NCBI GenBank assembly: GCA_002794465.1
Contig: MTSL01000219.1
Location: 1 to 11,280, forward strand
Length of the DNA: 11,280 nucleotides
DNA from: Paramicrosporidium saccamoebae KSL3
Lineage: Eukaryota; Fungi; Cryptomycota
Direction: 5' to 3'
A program made the position numbers and the translations under genes. Every line of letters begins with the position of its first letter. The first letter of the stretch is position 1. Positions 8,327 to 11,280 of the stretch are shown in pieces. The notes beneath the pieces were generated by a model. The model made no database searches. It had not been told where the DNA came from and saw only the letters and a list, made by a program, of their open reading frames with translations.

Positions 8327-8692
8327 ATGGCCAGCTATTATGAAATACTGGGATTGACAGAGCAGGCGACTGTATTCAGAGATCCTTCTGACTGGTTGTA
8401 GGTTGAGGAGATAGTCAAAGCGTATCGGCGCAAGTGTCTAGAACACCATCCCGACCGCACACCCCTCCATCCTGAGCTCTTCCCCGTCATCCAGTCAGCC
8501 TACGGCGTGCTCGTCGATCCCCAGAGTAGGGCGAGCTATGACCGGTGGCTTCATTCTGGACTGGATGTTCCCTACGATGTGTGGCGCACAAGAGACGCCG
8601 TAGCGCATTGGACTACGGAAAGGCCCGCAATGAAGAACATGGACATGGACCCTGAAGAAGAACGACGCAAATTTCGTGACTATCAAGTGTGA
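8327..8692 (+). CDS. DNAJC12: Small class C J-domain co-chaperone, DNAJC12/JDP1-like, 111 aa
   Basis: Exons 8327-8371 and 8402-8692: MASYYEILGLTEQATVEEIVKAYRRKCLEHHPDR (HPD intact)...ASYDRWLHSGLDVPYDVW...HW...RRKFRDYQV*. The post-J and terminal motifs resemble DNAJC12 as recalled (YDHWRRSQMSMPFQQW...HW...RKFRNYEI*). J-domain is certain; orthology is moderately supported. Confidence 0.8.
8372..8401 (+). other. Spliceosomal intron, 30 nt (J-protein)
   Basis: GTATTC...CTGACTGGTTGTAG, phase 0; removal restores the J-domain helix I-II junction. Confidence 0.9.
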
Positions 8693-8795
8693 TCGTTCTG
8701 TGCAGTGTAATAGAGTCGGTGGCCATTTAGTATATCGTTGCATGTCATTTGTAGCGCTACACAGGATTGTCTAATTAATCAGAGATCCCTCTCGT

Positions 8796-10546
8796 CTATG
8801 ATTTATATGCAAAGAAGAGTGTTTTGTAAGTAGCATAAGGTGAAGAGCCTGCTTCGTCCTCCGTTGTAGATAATGTCCTTTCTTGCCCCTGTATAGTGGA
8901 TAATGATCCCTCTCGGCCTTGTATAGTGGATAACGATCCTTCTTGGCCTTGTATAGTAGTGGATGATGCTCCCCCTTGACTTTGTATAGTCGATACTGAT
9001 CCCTCCTGAACTCGCATAGTGGACAATGACTCTAATTGCCTTAGATCCAGTAGGGTGGAGAGACAGCGCCAACGATGTTCCATGCGACAATCTTCGTAGA
9101 CCGGAATTACAGTGCGACTGGCCTGGACACGAGTGATTGTCAGCTGGTGTGTTGCAAATTCGTGTAGCTCTGCGTGCCAATCGCGACAGAGACGAGCAAT
9201 TATAAAGTGTGCCTCCGGCTCCTCATAGGACTCGTACAGTTCCAGATGGAATCCAATGATCACGAACCAAACGGCAAATAAATTCATAATCCTCTTCAGA
9301 CGATTGCTGTTACCGCTCTAATCAATTAGAAAGAGACTCTTGCAGTACCTGGTGCATTGCAGCAAGCAATTTGGGAATCAGTCGACGCTGGCGTGGGATG
9401 GAATTGCATGCCACTTGAAGACAATCAAAGAGTAGTTGGCCCGCAGTAAAATCTTCTTCTGCGATCGTCTGTAACGCAAACTTGGACACGGGAATTGATC
9501 CATAGATGGTTTCTCCACTCAGCAGGATTGCAAAGGTAAAGGATCGTTTGATGGCCGGTAGACCTCCCTCCAAAGTCGATGACACGAGCAGTTTGGAGAG
9601 GATCGTGGAAAATGATGGCTTCATGGCGAGTGCTGCGAATATGTCATACATCTCGCCGACAAACAGTGTCCACCGCTCATTGCATTCGTTAGGATTTTGG
9701 AGGGGAATACTTCGACGGACACACCCTGATGCAAACATGTTGGAGAGTAGCGGATTAATAAACATTTCCTCCTCAGTCAATGGTTCCACAGTAGAAAAGG
9801 GTAACGAGTCCAACTCGGCAAATAGTTCCATCATCTGTGGGTAGTCCAAATCGGCCGACCTCACCAGTCGCAGAAATTTGAGCCAATTCGACACTCGCTT
9901 ACATTCAACCCACACTCCGAATCCATAGCGGTTCCTTACGTCGTTTTGATGCATGGAAAACCATTGTAGCGACACTTCCCCCAATGGGTCACGTCGTCCG
10001 TCCACCAACGAATATAACGACGGGAGAAACTCGTCATTCCGCGCCACATGCACTTGGGCCATCACATCAGCAAGTAAGAGACAGCACCGGAGACTTGTTG
10101 ACACCAACCAGCCAAGTACTGGCGACCGGAGTGCATCAATGCGCTGGATAGCCAGGCAGGTTAGCAGTGTATCGGCCGCTGAGGCGCCAGTCATCCAGGT
10201 TGTCATGAGCATGCGTAGACGACACACAAAGCCAAGTATTGTGGTCGGTGAGAGGGTGGCAGCTGCCACTGTGGATGTTGGGAGTACATTTTCCAGAATA
10301 TACTGACGATATGCTGCCAATGTCATGCCATTAACCCGCACCAGGCCGCGATCCATTTTGGGATGCATAAGCTATGCGCATTAGTCACATCGGGACAGGT
10401 ACGTCAATGCTGGAGACGGCCTCCACCAGATCATAATTTGGCGCCAGCTGCACTACGTCGCTGGGAACGGTGGTGGGAAAGACGGCGGAAAGGAACTCGT
10501 CGGTAATGTCAAAAAATGTGGGGTGCTGGTAGTCGTATTCGCTCAT
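8796..10546 (-). CDS. MAK10: NatC N-terminal acetyltransferase auxiliary subunit NAA35/Mak10, 562 aa, with repetitive C-terminus
   Basis: Exons 10546-10403, 10371-9349, 9317-8796 join ORFs 9322..10368 and 8796..9287. Motifs DITDEF...LVEAVSSIDLMHPKMDRG, TWMTGASAADTLLTCL, PRQRR, GFHLELY and MEHRW match recalled Mak10/NAA35 motifs in order. Confidence 0.88.
8851..9033 (-). repeat. 30-nt coding minisatellite, about six units (one of 33 nt), consensus EGSLSTIQGQ
   Basis: + strand units start at 8851, 8881, 8911, 8941 (33 nt), 8974 and 9004; core TGTATAGTGGATAA(T/C)GATCC. Confidence 0.93.
9318..9348 (-). other. Spliceosomal intron, 31 nt (NAA35)
   Basis: GTACTG...CTAATTGATTAG on minus strand, phase 0. 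Confidence 0.88.
10372..10402 (-). other. Spliceosomal intron, 31 nt (NAA35)
   Basis: GTACCT...CTAATGCGCATAG on minus strand; restores SSID-LMHPKMD. Confidence 0.92.
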
Positions 10547-10728
10547 GACATGGGATGGCAACATGACGGTTCGACTTTATCAACATTAGACGCTCTATTT
10601 CAAAGATTATATTCTATAGAACAATACAGCATGAATTCTGTAGGCAGACATAAGGACCCAATAGTCAAAGCCTATATTGACGGAAGGGGACGGGGGTGAC
10701 GCCCAATAGACACTCTACGCCGCACACC

Positions 10729-11280
10729 ATGACGAGGTGGGGAAAGGAAAGCACTACAACCACAGCACGGCGTCATCCAGACCTGGAGGAACTGCCGCCC
10801 ATGCCTCGCGAATTCGAGACTGTATTTATGGATGCGGCCCAGCGTATCAAGGAACTCGCAAACAGCATCAAAGGTAGTTTTGCCTGTCCCACTCACCTCT
10901 GTAGACCAACGTAGTAAGAGCAGTATGCAGCATTTTGGAGGCGAGGATGAGGGTGGCCGCCGTGTTACTGCCGAACTCATCATCCCCGCCCACCGTGCCG
11001 GTCTCGTCATCGGTCACCACGGAGAGTCCCTCAAACGTATCGAGAAAATGTCACAGTGCAAAATCCAATTCGACCAACAATACACCAGCGATAATGAACG
11101 TCGAGTCATTATTGTGGGCGCTCCCGAGGATATTGAAGAGGCAAAGAAACTGGTGCTGGAAAAGGTGGATGATCCAATGAGCCGCTTCCCGTCAGTACAG
11201 GTTATGGTTCCACAGGGTCGAGTGGGTCTGATCATTGGAAAGGGTGGTGAGACTATTCGAGAGTTGCAAGAGAAGAGTGG
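10729..11280 (+). CDS. Multi-KH-domain nucleic-acid-binding protein, FUBP/KSRP/PSI-like (3' end beyond window)
   Basis: Exons 10729-10873 and 10905->11280, absent from the ORF track. N-terminal FMDAAQRIKELANSIK resembles the FUBP N-terminal helix; KH1 IPAHRAGLVIGHHGESLKRI; KH2 VPQGRVGLIIGKGGETIRELQEKSG. Confidence 0.85.
10874..10904 (+). other. Spliceosomal intron, 31 nt (KH gene)
   Basis: GTAGTT...CTCACCTCTGTAG; removal opens the frame into the KH domains. Confidence 0.87.

Noticed and set aside
8851-9033. CRISPR-like or mobile-element reading of the 30-nt array
   Set aside because: No unique spacers, eukaryotic context, in-frame coding repeat.
8803-9180. 125-aa alternate-frame minus ORF over the NAA35 repeat
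   Set aside because: Openness is explained by 3n repeat units; NAA35 motifs lie in the other frame and I found no GT...TAG intron switching frames.
9506-11235. Antisense or alternate ORFs over NAA35 and the KH gene
   Set aside because: They overlap better-supported spliced genes and show no domain signal.

Overview
Gene-dense eukaryotic DNA (about 86% of the window lies inside six genes) with very short spliceosomal introns, so the ORF track fragments most genes. Order: PMT2-type protein O-mannosyltransferase (+, 5'-truncated); a 1168-aa intronless protein with a signal peptide and a divergent HECT E3 ligase domain (-); eIF4A (+); a small DNAJC12-like J-protein (+); a shortened NAA35/MAK10 with a C-terminal tandem repeat (-); a FUBP/KSRP-like KH protein (+, 3'-truncated). 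All ten introns I could reconstruct are 30-39 nt, GT...TAG, with the branch A 9-11 nt from the 3' end. The architecture suggests a compact fungal-relative parasite such as a rozellid or early microsporidian relative (inference only). The best novelty candidate is the apparently secreted HECT ligase, a possible host-directed effector. Family assignments rest on motifs recalled from memory, not database searches.
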